From NCBI GenBank assembly GCA_032128375.1, contig JAQBGU010000060.1:1-39701 (forward strand): DNA of 39,701 nt, in the 5' to 3' direction. The stretch comes from Deltaproteobacteria bacterium. GTDB lineage: Bacteria > Myxococcota_A > UBA9160 > SMWR01. Below are positions 10,299 to 18,900 of the stretch, one piece after another. The notes under the pieces were generated by a model that saw nothing but the letters and a program-made list of their open reading frames with translations, had not been told where the DNA came from and did not search any database. The first letter of the stretch is position 1; each line of letters opens with the position of its first letter. A program made the position numbers and the translations under genes.

Positions 10299-11516
10299 TT
10301 ACGGTGCGTAGAAGCGACGCCCTCGCGCGACGACCAACGCTGGTCGCGCGAGGACGGCGAGATCCTGCGTCGGGTCGCCCGGAACCACGAGTAGATCCGC
10401 AGCCAGCCCAACGCGAAGGGCTCCTGTTTCGTCTGATAGGCCGAGCGCCACAGCAGCGTGGCTCGTGGCACTGCGAAGTACCTCGACCGAAGAAAAGTTG
10501 GCATAGCGGGCGAATACGACCAGCGCCCGCGCGAGGTCGTTATGCGCGACGTTTGGGATGCCCGCATCGGTCGACGCCACGAGTCGAACGCCCGCTTCTC
10601 GCAACGCCGCGAGGTAGTGTCGAACGTCGCGATAAAACCGGGAGTCGTCGCGCTCTGTGAAACGCTCCCATCCCGCATTGACCGTTGGCGACACCCAGAT
10701 CCCCGCACGCCGCATTTCGGCGGGCAGGCTCGCGTCGAAGTCGTCGCCAAAGCCGTTTTCGCCGGCAAATGAGCAATGCTCGATGCTCGCGACCCGCGCC
10801 TCGACCGCGTTGCGGATACCCGCGGTACCGTGGCAGTGCGCGGCCACCGGCAGGCCAGATGCTTGCGCGAGTTCGCGAATCGCGGCCAGTTCAGCCGGTG
10901 CGAACTGTGCTTCGCGGATCGAGTAGCCCTCGGTGTTGACGCCGCCAGTCGCCATCACCTTGATCCAGTCGACGTTCTTTTCGATCTGGCGATCGATGAC
11001 TGCACGGAAAGAATCAGCGCCGTCCACCTCACCGCCCCAGAAATGACAGTGGCCGCCTGGTGGCGTGAGGGGTTGACCGGCACACAACAGGCGGGGCCCC
11101 GCGAGTTCCCCGGCATCGATACGGTCGCGCAATGCAACTTCGAGCCAGCGTCCACCCCCGAGATCTCGCGCCGTGGTGATCCCGGCGCGAACCATCTGCT
11201 CGGCTCGCGTAGCAGAGCCTGCCGCCACGATGGATTCCGGAATCGAAAGCTGGGCAGACAGCGAAGAAATGGTTGGGTCCAGAGTCAAGTGTACGTGCGC
11301 GTCGATCAGGCCGGGCAAAGCCGTCGCGCCCACAGGCGCGGTCCAGACTTCGGCTTCGACTTTCGATTCGTCAGTTCCGATAGCGACGATTCGACCGCGC
11401 TCGATCCGAATCTCCTGCGGACGCGGATCGACGCGATCCGAAACCCCATCCCACACGCGTGTACCGCGGATCACGAAGCTTCGATTCGCTGTCTCCGCAG
11501 TTGTGGCATGCGTCAT
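10299..11516 (-). CDS. Metal-dependent amidohydrolase family protein (Xaa-Pro dipeptidase-like)
   Basis: LPGLIDAHVH, GITTARDLGG, IKVMATGG, AAHCHG, SIEHC, STDAG, ADLLVV. Confidence 0.9.
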   Translation of the reverse strand: MTHATTAETANRSFVIRGTRVWDGVSDRVDPRPQEIRIERGRIVAIGTDESKVEAEVWTAPVGATALPGLIDAHVHLTLDPTISSLSAQLSIPESIVAAGSATRAEQMVRAGITTARDLGGGRWLEVALRDRIDAGELAGPRLLCAGQPLTPPGGHCHFWGGEVDGADSFRAVIDRQIEKNVDWIKVMATGGVNTEGYSIREAQFAPAELAAIRELAQASGLPVAAHCHGTAGIRNAVEARVASIEHCSFAGENGFGDDFDASLPAEMRRAGIWVSPTVNAGWERFTERDDSRFYRDVRHYLAALREAGVRLVASTDAGIPNVAHNDLARALVVFARYANFSSVEVLRSATSHAAVALGLSDETGALRVGLAADLLVVPGDPTQDLAVLARPALVVARGRRFYAP

Positions 11517-11710
11517 CGCGCCTTTCGTCGGGTGCCTTCGCAGCCGTGCTTGGGTAGCGGCAATTTTTTAGACAAGTTCCAGGTGATTCGATGGATGCTA
11601 GTGACTTCGCAGCGATTCGCGCGATGTTGGTGCATGCCTAGCGAACGCGCCATCTGTGCCGATCTCGATCCATGAGCCTCGCACCCGGCTGCCGCCTACA
11701 CTCTGTACCG

Positions 11711-13672
11711 ATGCCGGATCAAACCCTCGCTCCCTGTGGTAGCTGGCGCTCTCCGATCACCGCGGAACTGATTACCTCGAGCGCCGTGGGGCTGAGCAGC
11801 CTGCGTGTTGTCGGCTCGGACCTGTATTGGCTCGAGGCGAGGCCCAGCGAGGCCGGTCGTGTCGTGCTGGTACACAGGCACGCATCGGGCGTGATCCAGG
11901 ACATCACCCCTGCGCCATTCAACGTTCGCAGCCGCGTGCACGAGTACGGTGGGGGCGCGTACCAGGTAGATGAATCGGGGCTGGTATTCGTCGATTTCAC
12001 CGACCAGCGCGTGTATTACGCGGGTCATGGACAGTCGCCTACCCCGATCACACCCGCCCAATCACTGCGCTTCGCGGACTTTGCGTTCGACCGGGTTCGC
12101 GCGCGTCTCTACGCGGTGCGAGAAGATCACCGACCCAGCGGCGAAGCCCAGAACACGATCGTTTCCATTCCGCTCGACAGTCCCCTCGACAAGAACAGCG
12201 GCGACAGCGAGGGGAAAGTGCTGGTGCAAGGCGCTGACTTCTACGCGTACCCCCGGATTTCACCCGACGGCAGCCGACTCGCATGGATCTGCTGGCACCA
12301 CCCGGCCATGCCCTGGGACGCAACTGAACTGTGGGTCGCAAAGCTCGACGGCGATCGTGTAGCCGACCTGCAGCAAGTCGCTGGCGGCCCGGAAGAATCC
12401 ACCAGCGAACCCCAGTGGTCTGCGAGTGGCGATCTCATGTATCTGTCGGACCGGAGCGGATACACCAACCTGTATCGCTGGGATGGCGACCAGCACACGG
12501 CCGAATCCAATCGCAAAAACGACTTCGGCGGACCACTTTGGTCGCTCGGCGCTCAGAGTTACGCGCAACTACCGGACGGGCGATGGATATGCAGCTATGT
12601 CGAAGCGGGCGAGCATCGTCTGGGTGTGTTCGACGCAGGCACGGAGACCCGCTTCGAAACCGAACTGAGCCAGCTGGGAGGGGTTCTTCCGTTGGTGGGC
12701 ATATCGGGCGAAAACGACCGGCTCGCAGTACTCGGTGCCGGACCGCTTCACGGGCCGCGCGTGTTGTTGATGGACCTATCCGCCGGCGGGGTCGAAGTCG
12801 TGCGCGAGTCGGTTTCCAGTTCGATCGATCCTGGCTACATCTCGGTCGCGGAATCCATCGAGTTCCCCACCGAAGGAGAACGCACCGCGCACGCGTTCTT
12901 CTACCCTCCGACGAACAGCGATTTTCGCGCACCCGACGGGGAGCTACCGCCACTGCTGGTACTGAGCCACGGCGGACCCACCGGCGCCACCGGTAGCGCA
13001 ATGTCGTTTGCGGTTCAGTTCTGGACCAGCCGCGGGTTCGGCGTCGTCGATGTGAATTACGGCGGGAGCACCGGCTACGGGAGGGAGTACCGCAACCGAT
13101 TGAAGGGAAATTGGGGCCTGGTCGATGTGGCCGATTCGGTGCATGCCGTGCAGGCGCTCGCTGCGGGCGGGCGCATCGACGCGCAGCGCGCGTGCATACG
13201 CGGCGGGAGCGCTGGGGGGTACACCACGTTGGCTGCGCTGACATTTCGCGACCTGTTCAAAGCGGGCGCCAGCCACTATGGAATCGGCGACCTCGCCGCG
13301 TTGGCGCGCGACACCCACAAGTTCGAAAGTCGCTATCTCGACGGCTTGATCGGGCCTTGGCCCGAAGCGAGGCAGGTCTACGAGGAGCGCTCGCCGATCC
13401 ATCACACCGACCAGTTGGCAAGCCCCGTGATCTTCTTCCAGGGCAGCGAGGACAATGTTGTCCCAAAGAACCAGGCGGAAAGCATGGTGGCGGCGTTGAA
13501 GGAGAAGGGCATACCGGTCGGATACGTGCTGTTCGAAGCTGAAGGACACGGCTTTCGGCGCGCCGAGAACATCAAACGCGCGCTCGAATCCGAGTTGTAT
13601 TTCTACGGGAAAGTGTTGGGTTTCGAGCCAGCTGACGACATTGAGCCAGTGGAGATTCTTGGACTCGAATAG
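11711..13672 (+). CDS. S9 family serine peptidase (acylaminoacyl/dipeptidyl peptidase-like)
   Basis: APCGSWRSPIT N-terminus, HGGPT, nucleophile GGSAGG, catalytic D in QGSEDNVV and H in EGHGF. Alternative start at 11672. Confidence 0.93.
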   Translation: MPDQTLAPCGSWRSPITAELITSSAVGLSSLRVVGSDLYWLEARPSEAGRVVLVHRHASGVIQDITPAPFNVRSRVHEYGGGAYQVDESGLVFVDFTDQRVYYAGHGQSPTPITPAQSLRFADFAFDRVRARLYAVREDHRPSGEAQNTIVSIPLDSPLDKNSGDSEGKVLVQGADFYAYPRISPDGSRLAWICWHHPAMPWDATELWVAKLDGDRVADLQQVAGGPEESTSEPQWSASGDLMYLSDRSGYTNLYRWDGDQHTAESNRKNDFGGPLWSLGAQSYAQLPDGRWICSYVEAGEHRLGVFDAGTETRFETELSQLGGVLPLVGISGENDRLAVLGAGPLHGPRVLLMDLSAGGVEVVRESVSSSIDPGYISVAESIEFPTEGERTAHAFFYPPTNSDFRAPDGELPPLLVLSHGGPTGATGSAMSFAVQFWTSRGFGVVDVNYGGSTGYGREYRNRLKGNWGLVDVADSVHAVQALAAGGRIDAQRACIRGGSAGGYTTLAALTFRDLFKAGASHYGIGDLAALARDTHKFESRYLDGLIGPWPEARQVYEERSPIHHTDQLASPVIFFQGSEDNVVPKNQAESMVAALKEKGIPVGYVLFEAEGHGFRRAENIKRALESELYFYGKVLGFEPADDIEPVEILGLE

Positions 13673-13859
13673 GTCTGATGGAGATCGGCGCAGGCGAGAG
13701 CGCGGCGATGCGATCGATCGACATCGCGCGGCAATGGATCAAGAGCCGCCCGCTGCCATCGAGGCCCCCGCCCGCGTGCACGTCGAAGCGGAGAGGTGCA
13801 CCCGCCCTCGTTCCGTTCGGCGAGCCCGAATGTCCTGTTGAGCCGGAGGAAATTAGTCG

Positions 13860-14166
13860 ATGAGAAGCATTGCCATCGCAGCCTTCGTCGCCGTGCTTGC
13901 CACGGCGCTGGCATGCACGAATTCGACTGCGCCCAAAAAATGTAAGACAGACGACCTGCAGAATCCGCTATGCGACCGACGGGTGCGAGCTCCAGTTCAA
14001 GGGCTCGAACTTCCACCCGAAGTACATGGAGCCTCTCTTCCAGGCTGGCGCGCGTTGGGGCGCGAAAAACGACTTCTCGAGCTGGCCCGAATGGCCCGAC
14101 GACGGGGTCGAGCTTCCCGAGCAGCCCGATCCCAACGGCGACTACTGCCCGCCGCCGAATCAGTAG
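13860..14166 (+). pseudogene. Small Cys-containing lipoprotein gene split by a frameshift
   Basis: GGAGG RBS, then MRSIAIAAFVAVLATALA-C (lipobox-like). Coding-like GC3 bias moves to the +1 frame (DGCELQFKGSNFHPKYMEPLF...DYCPPPNQ*) somewhere in about 13935-13980. Confidence 0.55.
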
Positions 14167-14269
14167 ATGACGCGAAGCGCGGCTGCGTTCTGCCCGCCTG
14201 AGCACTCACACCGCCCGTCTGAAGCCCGACGACGGAATGTCGTGATCGTTCTCCGGCGAGGCACCCAGG

Positions 14270-14450
14270 ATCGCTAGCCCAAGCGCGCTACGCCAGCGCG
14301 TGCGAGCTGCCCGTCCTGGGCTCAATCGCTGCCCGAAGACGCTTGTCAGTGGGGCAAGCCCGTTGGAGTAACTCGTGGCGCTCCACCAAGATGTGGGTCG
14401 TACCATCGCGCCATTGGGGCTCGAGCTCGTAGCTGAGCCGACCGTTCAGT
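14270..14450 (-). mobile_element. IS91/ISCR-family (rolling-circle) transposase remnant
   Basis: Manual translation from 14449 gives LNGRLSYELEPQWRDGTTHILVERHELLQR, then after a 1-nt shift LAPL. This resembles the IS91-like pattern YxLKxxWRDGTTHxxxxxxELLxRLAxL. Downstream RAARTRW resembles the C-terminal R..W motif. Confidence 0.72.
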
Positions 14451-14546
14451 TGCTTCTTTCACCGATCTGCGGCCCCGATGGCCTGCGCGACACCTGCGAG
14501 GGTAGCCGGACGCCGTCTTTGCTTCCTGGTGTATAATGACGCACAG

Positions 14547-15311
14547 ATGAAGAGAGTACCCATTAGAGTGTTCTGCTGGCACGGCTACGGGCCGATCGAG
14601 CGCGTGTTTCGGGTCATCGGCGGCGCTCTGGCGGCTGCGTTCGGTCGATCGCGGCCGAGCCGCTGGAACCGCATGGAGGCGTGCGCCGAATATATCCGCG
14701 GATCCGATGCGCAGCTCGTGTGCCTGCAGGAGGCGTGGCTTGGGGTCGACGTCCGCCGGTTGCGCAAGGGCTGGTCGTACGGCTGGCGCCACAGGCCGCG
14801 GGGTTGGCTCTTCCCCTTCACCGGCTTGTGGCCGTACTCCGGGCTTCTGACCCTCGCAAACGACGAGCCCCTCAATACGGTTACGCTCCGATACAGTGTG
14901 ACATCGAAGCACAAGGGCGATTGGGTCGCGCGCAAGGGCGCGGCGTTTACCCAGTGGCCGTTCGGCTGGCTGTGCAATACGCATCTCGATTCTGGTCGCG
15001 AGCCGAAGGACTGGGACGCCAGAGGGCAGCAGATCACCGAGCTGATCACCGCGCCAAACAGCCTCCACAAACCATTCATCCTCACTGGGGACCTGAATCT
15101 GATGGCGTGTGAGTGCGCCGATGATCGGGACCTCGCGCGACTGATGGGACAGACTCATGCCAGGTGCATTGTGCGCAAGGGGCTCGACTTCGTCCTCGCC
15201 TCGCGCGAGCTGCTGAACGTCGTATGCCGTCCCTGTCCCGACGTGGCATGCGGTCTCTCTGATCACCCGCCTCTCTGTGTCGAGATTCTGTGTCGAGATT
15301 CTCTAGTCTGA
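14547..15311 (+). CDS. Endonuclease/exonuclease/phosphatase (EEP) protein, neutral sphingomyelinase-like
   Basis: LVCLQEAW, SGLL, GDWVARKG, NTHL, GDLN, LDFV, SDH. ATG at 14547 lies 9 nt after TATAAT (ORF-track start 14478). Confidence 0.85.
   Translation: MKRVPIRVFCWHGYGPIERVFRVIGGALAAAFGRSRPSRWNRMEACAEYIRGSDAQLVCLQEAWLGVDVRRLRKGWSYGWRHRPRGWLFPFTGLWPYSGLLTLANDEPLNTVTLRYSVTSKHKGDWVARKGAAFTQWPFGWLCNTHLDSGREPKDWDARGQQITELITAPNSLHKPFILTGDLNLMACECADDRDLARLMGQTHARCIVRKGLDFVLASRELLNVVCRPCPDVACGLSDHPPLCVEILCRDSLV
15274..15302. repeat. Perfect 13-bp tandem duplication TCTGTGTCGAGAT x2 (+TCT)
   Basis: Read directly at the 3' end of the EEP gene. Confidence 0.9.
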
Positions 15312-15348
15312 TGCGGACTAAGGCCGGCCGAAGCGATCGGAGGGCTGC

Positions 15349-16353
15349 ATGCGGGTTTTGGTAATGGGCGGCTCCCGCTTCAACGGACGCACGCTGATCG
15401 AGAGCCTCCTCGTCGCCGGCCACGATGTCACGACTTTCAACCGGGGTGTGACGCCCGTCGATCTACCGAACTGCGTGGAGCGCCTTCACGGTGACCGCCG
15501 CGACACGGACGCGCTGCGCGCGGCGCTTCGCGGACGTAGTTTCGACGCGGTTCACGACACCAGCGCCTATGTGCTCGAAGATGTTCGTAGCGCGGTCGAG
15601 ATCCTGCTGGACCGCACCGGCCACTACGTATTCGCCAGCTCCGCCGCCGTCTACGCACCGAAGCGCGGCATCCTGCCCGTGGGCGAGGACGACCCGCAGA
15701 ACCCGAGCGAGCTGCCAGGCAACCGCTACGGTCGCAACAAGGCAATCTGCGAAAATTACCTGCTGGAACAGCACAGCCGCGCCAGTTTTCCGGTCTCGAT
15801 CACTCGCTACCCGATGGTATACGGCCCGCGAAATCCCAACCTGTACCGTGAGGCGCTGATGTTCGTCCGGCTTCTCGAGGGGCGTACGATCCTGCTCCCC
15901 GGCGACGGGACCACGCTGAGTCACATGAGTTATGTACGCGACCAGGCGACGGCGCTCGTCGCGATGACACTCGTGCCGCGCACCTTTGGCCAGGTATACA
16001 ACCTGGCCTCGACCGAGTACTACAGCGACGAAGGATACGTCGACACCCTCGCGCGAATCGTCGGTGTGGAGCCCAACAAGATCCACCTCGGCTCTCGGCT
16101 CACCGATGAGGCGTATGCGTGTATGCCGTATCCGCTCATGCCGCGTCAGGGCGTGCAACTGGTCGATTGGCGCGAGAATTCCCTGTTCTCCACCCGCAAG
16201 TTCGAGGCGCACGTCGGCTACGCCCAGGAGCACTCCCTCGAACAGGGCATGGCCGAGACCTTTGCATGGTTCCAGCATGAAGGCGTGCGCGATCGGTTCG
16301 AGGTCGACTTCGCGCACGAAGACAACTTGTTGGAGAAGGCGCGGGCTCTTTGA
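15349..16353 (+). CDS. NAD-dependent epimerase/dehydratase family (extended/atypical SDR)
   Basis: MRVLVMGGSRFNG Rossmann motif, SSAAVY, YGRNK (YxxxK), VYGP; GGAGG RBS. Confidence 0.9.
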   Translation: MRVLVMGGSRFNGRTLIESLLVAGHDVTTFNRGVTPVDLPNCVERLHGDRRDTDALRAALRGRSFDAVHDTSAYVLEDVRSAVEILLDRTGHYVFASSAAVYAPKRGILPVGEDDPQNPSELPGNRYGRNKAICENYLLEQHSRASFPVSITRYPMVYGPRNPNLYREALMFVRLLEGRTILLPGDGTTLSHMSYVRDQATALVAMTLVPRTFGQVYNLASTEYYSDEGYVDTLARIVGVEPNKIHLGSRLTDEAYACMPYPLMPRQGVQLVDWRENSLFSTRKFEAHVGYAQEHSLEQGMAETFAWFQHEGVRDRFEVDFAHEDNLLEKARAL

Positions 16354-16837
16354 AGACAACTCGGCTGCGGTGGCTATCCGCCCCCTACGGGTTCCTGACG
16401 TGCGCGCAGCCTGCGTTTCGATGCCGGCCGGCGACTCGGCGAACACAACCGGCACTGTTGGTTGCAGTCCGATGCGATGACGGGTTTCGAGCATGCTAGC
16501 GGGGGCATATTCCGGAACCCGACCCGATGTCCGCGCGGTTCGAATGGGATCTGTGCGCCGAGCGCACCGGGGTACCCATCGCTCCGATGTGTCATCGTGA
16601 GTGCCCTTTGCCGGTGCTGCCAGCAGTTCGAACGCCTGGATTGCCGTCGGCGGTGCGGGATCACGTCGTCGCTGGTGGCTCACGCGCAATCTTCGGGATG
16701 CTCGTGCTACCCACGTTGGACATCTTTCCATACGGGCTCGTTCGCGTCGTCGGACTCGGAGTGATTCTGTGATTGACGGCCTCTCGCCGACCCCCTCGAC
16801 GTCCGATACCCCGACCTGCCGTGGGCGGCAACCGCGA

Positions 16838-16867
16838 TTGCCTCGAAAGCCGAGCAGTGTGTATAAT
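16838..16867 (+). promoter_or_regulatory. Sigma70-type promoter TTGCCT-N18-TATAAT
   Basis: -35 at 16838-16843 and perfect -10 at 16862-16867, 12 nt before ATG 16880. Confidence 0.6.
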
Positions 16868-16879
16868 GCCTCTGCTCTG

Positions 16880-18100
16880 ATGTGGGCCCGAACACGCTTC
16901 GACATTCGCTGGAGCGATCTCGCCTTTGGCGCACTCGTCTCGCTCTTGCCCCGCAACCGCGACGCCGCGCAGGCCAGGCTCGAAGCGCGATGGGCCCCAG
17001 ACGGCGGCGGGCTGGCCTGCTACTCGGTACGAAGCGCGTTCGATCTGTTGCTTCGCGTCCTCGATCTTCCGCCGGGAAGCGAAGTTCTCTTCTCCGCAAT
17101 CAACATCAAGGGAATGATAAAGGCTGCCGAGCGCTTCGATCTCGTACCGATTCCCGTTGACCTCGACATCACCCATGCGGCTCCGCGGCTCGACGCTCTC
17201 GAGCGTGCCATCACGCCGCAATCGCGCGTGCTCGTCGTCGCGCATCTGTTCGGTGGTCGCGTCGATCTTGGACCGGTTCTGCAACTCGCGAGGCGTCATC
17301 GGCTCTTTGTGGTGGAGGACTGTGCGCAGGCCTTTGACGGCCCCGGCGACACGGGGCACCCCGAGGTAGACGCCGCGCTGTTCAGCTTCGGCCCGCTCAA
17401 GACCGCGACAGCACTCGGCGGTGCGCTGGCTCGAATACGAGATCCGGAACTGCTTGCAAGGATGCGCGGCGAGCAGCAGCGCTATCCGGTGCAATCGCGG
17501 CGCGCATACTTCATGCGCATTCTCAAATTTGGCGGCGTCAAGGCCTTCGCGTATCGGGTCCCCTACACTGCGCTGGTGGGAATCGCGGGCCTGATGGGAC
17601 GGGATCTCGATATCTCGATCACCGATTCGGTACGCGGTATCGCGAAACAGAAGTCGGCGAGGTCGCTACGCCGGCGTGCATGTGCACCAATGCTCGCGGT
17701 GATCGAGAGGCGCCTCACGCGCTGGCGTCAGCATGATCTCGACGCACGCGTACACCATGCACGCGTGTTGGTCGATTGCGTGCGCGACGTCGGCGTCTGT
17801 CCAGGCGCGAACAGCGATCGCCACTCCTTCTGGGCTTGCACTGTCCTGGCCAAAGATCCCCGCTCCTTCGTCGCGGCAATGCGCGAACGAGGCTTCGACG
17901 CATCCCCCAGTGTGAGTCTCAAGGTGGTACGCACCCCCGATGGGCGGCGAGCGCTCGAGCCTGTATGCGCGCAACAGATGCTCTCACAGCTCGTCTTTCT
18001 CCCGTGTTATCCCGCGATGAAAGCCCGGCACGTCGAACGCGAGGCGCGCGCACTGAAACGAGCATTTCAAGACGACCAGACGCTTGCGAGGCTCCCATGA
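16880..18100 (+). CDS. DegT/DnrJ/EryC1/StrS-family PLP-dependent enzyme
   Basis: LPPGSEVL, PVDLD, VVAHLFG, VVEDCAQAF, SFGPLKTATALGG (PLP Lys). Start at MWARTRFDI just after the promoter; TGA overlaps the next ATG (ATGA). Confidence 0.85.
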   Translation: MWARTRFDIRWSDLAFGALVSLLPRNRDAAQARLEARWAPDGGGLACYSVRSAFDLLLRVLDLPPGSEVLFSAINIKGMIKAAERFDLVPIPVDLDITHAAPRLDALERAITPQSRVLVVAHLFGGRVDLGPVLQLARRHRLFVVEDCAQAFDGPGDTGHPEVDAALFSFGPLKTATALGGALARIRDPELLARMRGEQQRYPVQSRRAYFMRILKFGGVKAFAYRVPYTALVGIAGLMGRDLDISITDSVRGIAKQKSARSLRRRACAPMLAVIERRLTRWRQHDLDARVHHARVLVDCVRDVGVCPGANSDRHSFWACTVLAKDPRSFVAAMRERGFDASPSVSLKVVRTPDGRRALEPVCAQQMLSQLVFLPCYPAMKARHVEREARALKRAFQDDQTLARLP

Positions 18101-18900
18101 GTACGGCTCCGAACCGAGAACACGAAACCCGCGGTGAGCGCTTCCGCAGACGGCGCCGTAAGAAGGTGAAGAAGGCTGGCAAGCGGCTCGTCCGCCGCAT
18201 GAGCCACTTCTTGGGCGAGCAGTCGAAGATCGGCGATCCCCACGTCTTCGAGACCTCATTGTTTCCCAGCATCGCGACTCTGGAGGCGAACTTTCGCACC
18301 ATCCGCGACGAGGTTGCTCCCATGCTCGAACTGATGGATCGCCTGCCACTGATCCAGGACCTCTCACCCGATCAGGCGCGAATCGCAAACGGCGATCTCT
18401 GGCGTAGCTTCGTCCTCTATGGCTTCGGAAAGCGGGCGGATCGAAACTGTGCGCTACTGCCGCAGACCGCGAATCTGGTGGCGCAGGTCCCCGGACTCGA
18501 GAGCGCCTGGTTCTCGATCCTGCTGCCGGGCTACCGCATTCCCAAGCATCGCGGAATCACGAAGGGCCTCATTACGGCACTCATTGGGGTGAAGGTCCCT
18601 GAGAAACGCGACATGTGCGGAATCCGCATCGAGGACGAGGTCTTCCACTACGAGGACGGGCAGAGCATCGTCTTCGACGACACCATCGACCACGAAATCT
18701 GGAACGACAGCGACGAGATGCGCGTCGTGCTGATCGTGGATTTCCGCCGGCCCATGAGGCTGTGGGGGCGCGCCTTCAATGAAATCTTCCTCGCTGGTTT
18801 CAAGCGAACGGGGTACGTCCGCGAAGCGTACGGTCTCTTCGCGGAATGGGATGACGACTTCCACGCGTTCCTGGCCGCGGACCCTAACGCCAGTGACTGA
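18097..18900 (+). CDS. Aspartyl/asparaginyl beta-hydroxylase-family Fe(II)/2OG dioxygenase (LpxO/OlsC-like)
   Basis: LEANFRTIRDE, WRSFVLYGFG, AWFSILLPG..IPKHRG, FDDTIDHEIWN, RVVLIVD; ATGA overlap with the upstream gene. Confidence 0.9.
   Translation: MSTAPNREHETRGERFRRRRRKKVKKAGKRLVRRMSHFLGEQSKIGDPHVFETSLFPSIATLEANFRTIRDEVAPMLELMDRLPLIQDLSPDQARIANGDLWRSFVLYGFGKRADRNCALLPQTANLVAQVPGLESAWFSILLPGYRIPKHRGITKGLITALIGVKVPEKRDMCGIRIEDEVFHYEDGQSIVFDDTIDHEIWNDSDEMRVVLIVDFRRPMRLWGRAFNEIFLAGFKRTGYVREAYGLFAEWDDDFHAFLAADPNASD

Noticed and set aside
13678..13863. 61-aa ORF overlapping the lipoprotein start (ATGA), containing a GCGATG-CGATCGATCG-A-CATCGC hairpin
   Set aside because: No RBS or motif and Pro/Arg-rich. 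The hairpin lacks a U-tract, so I could not call it a gene or a terminator.
15463..16956. 497-aa minus-strand ORF
   Set aside because: Mostly antisense to the SDR; no recognisable domain.
16601..18096. Long N-terminal extensions of the PLP enzyme (from 16601) and hydroxylase (from 17776)
   Set aside because: The promoter at 16838-16867 and the ATGA overlap at 18097 define shorter starts; the extensions do not look protein-like.
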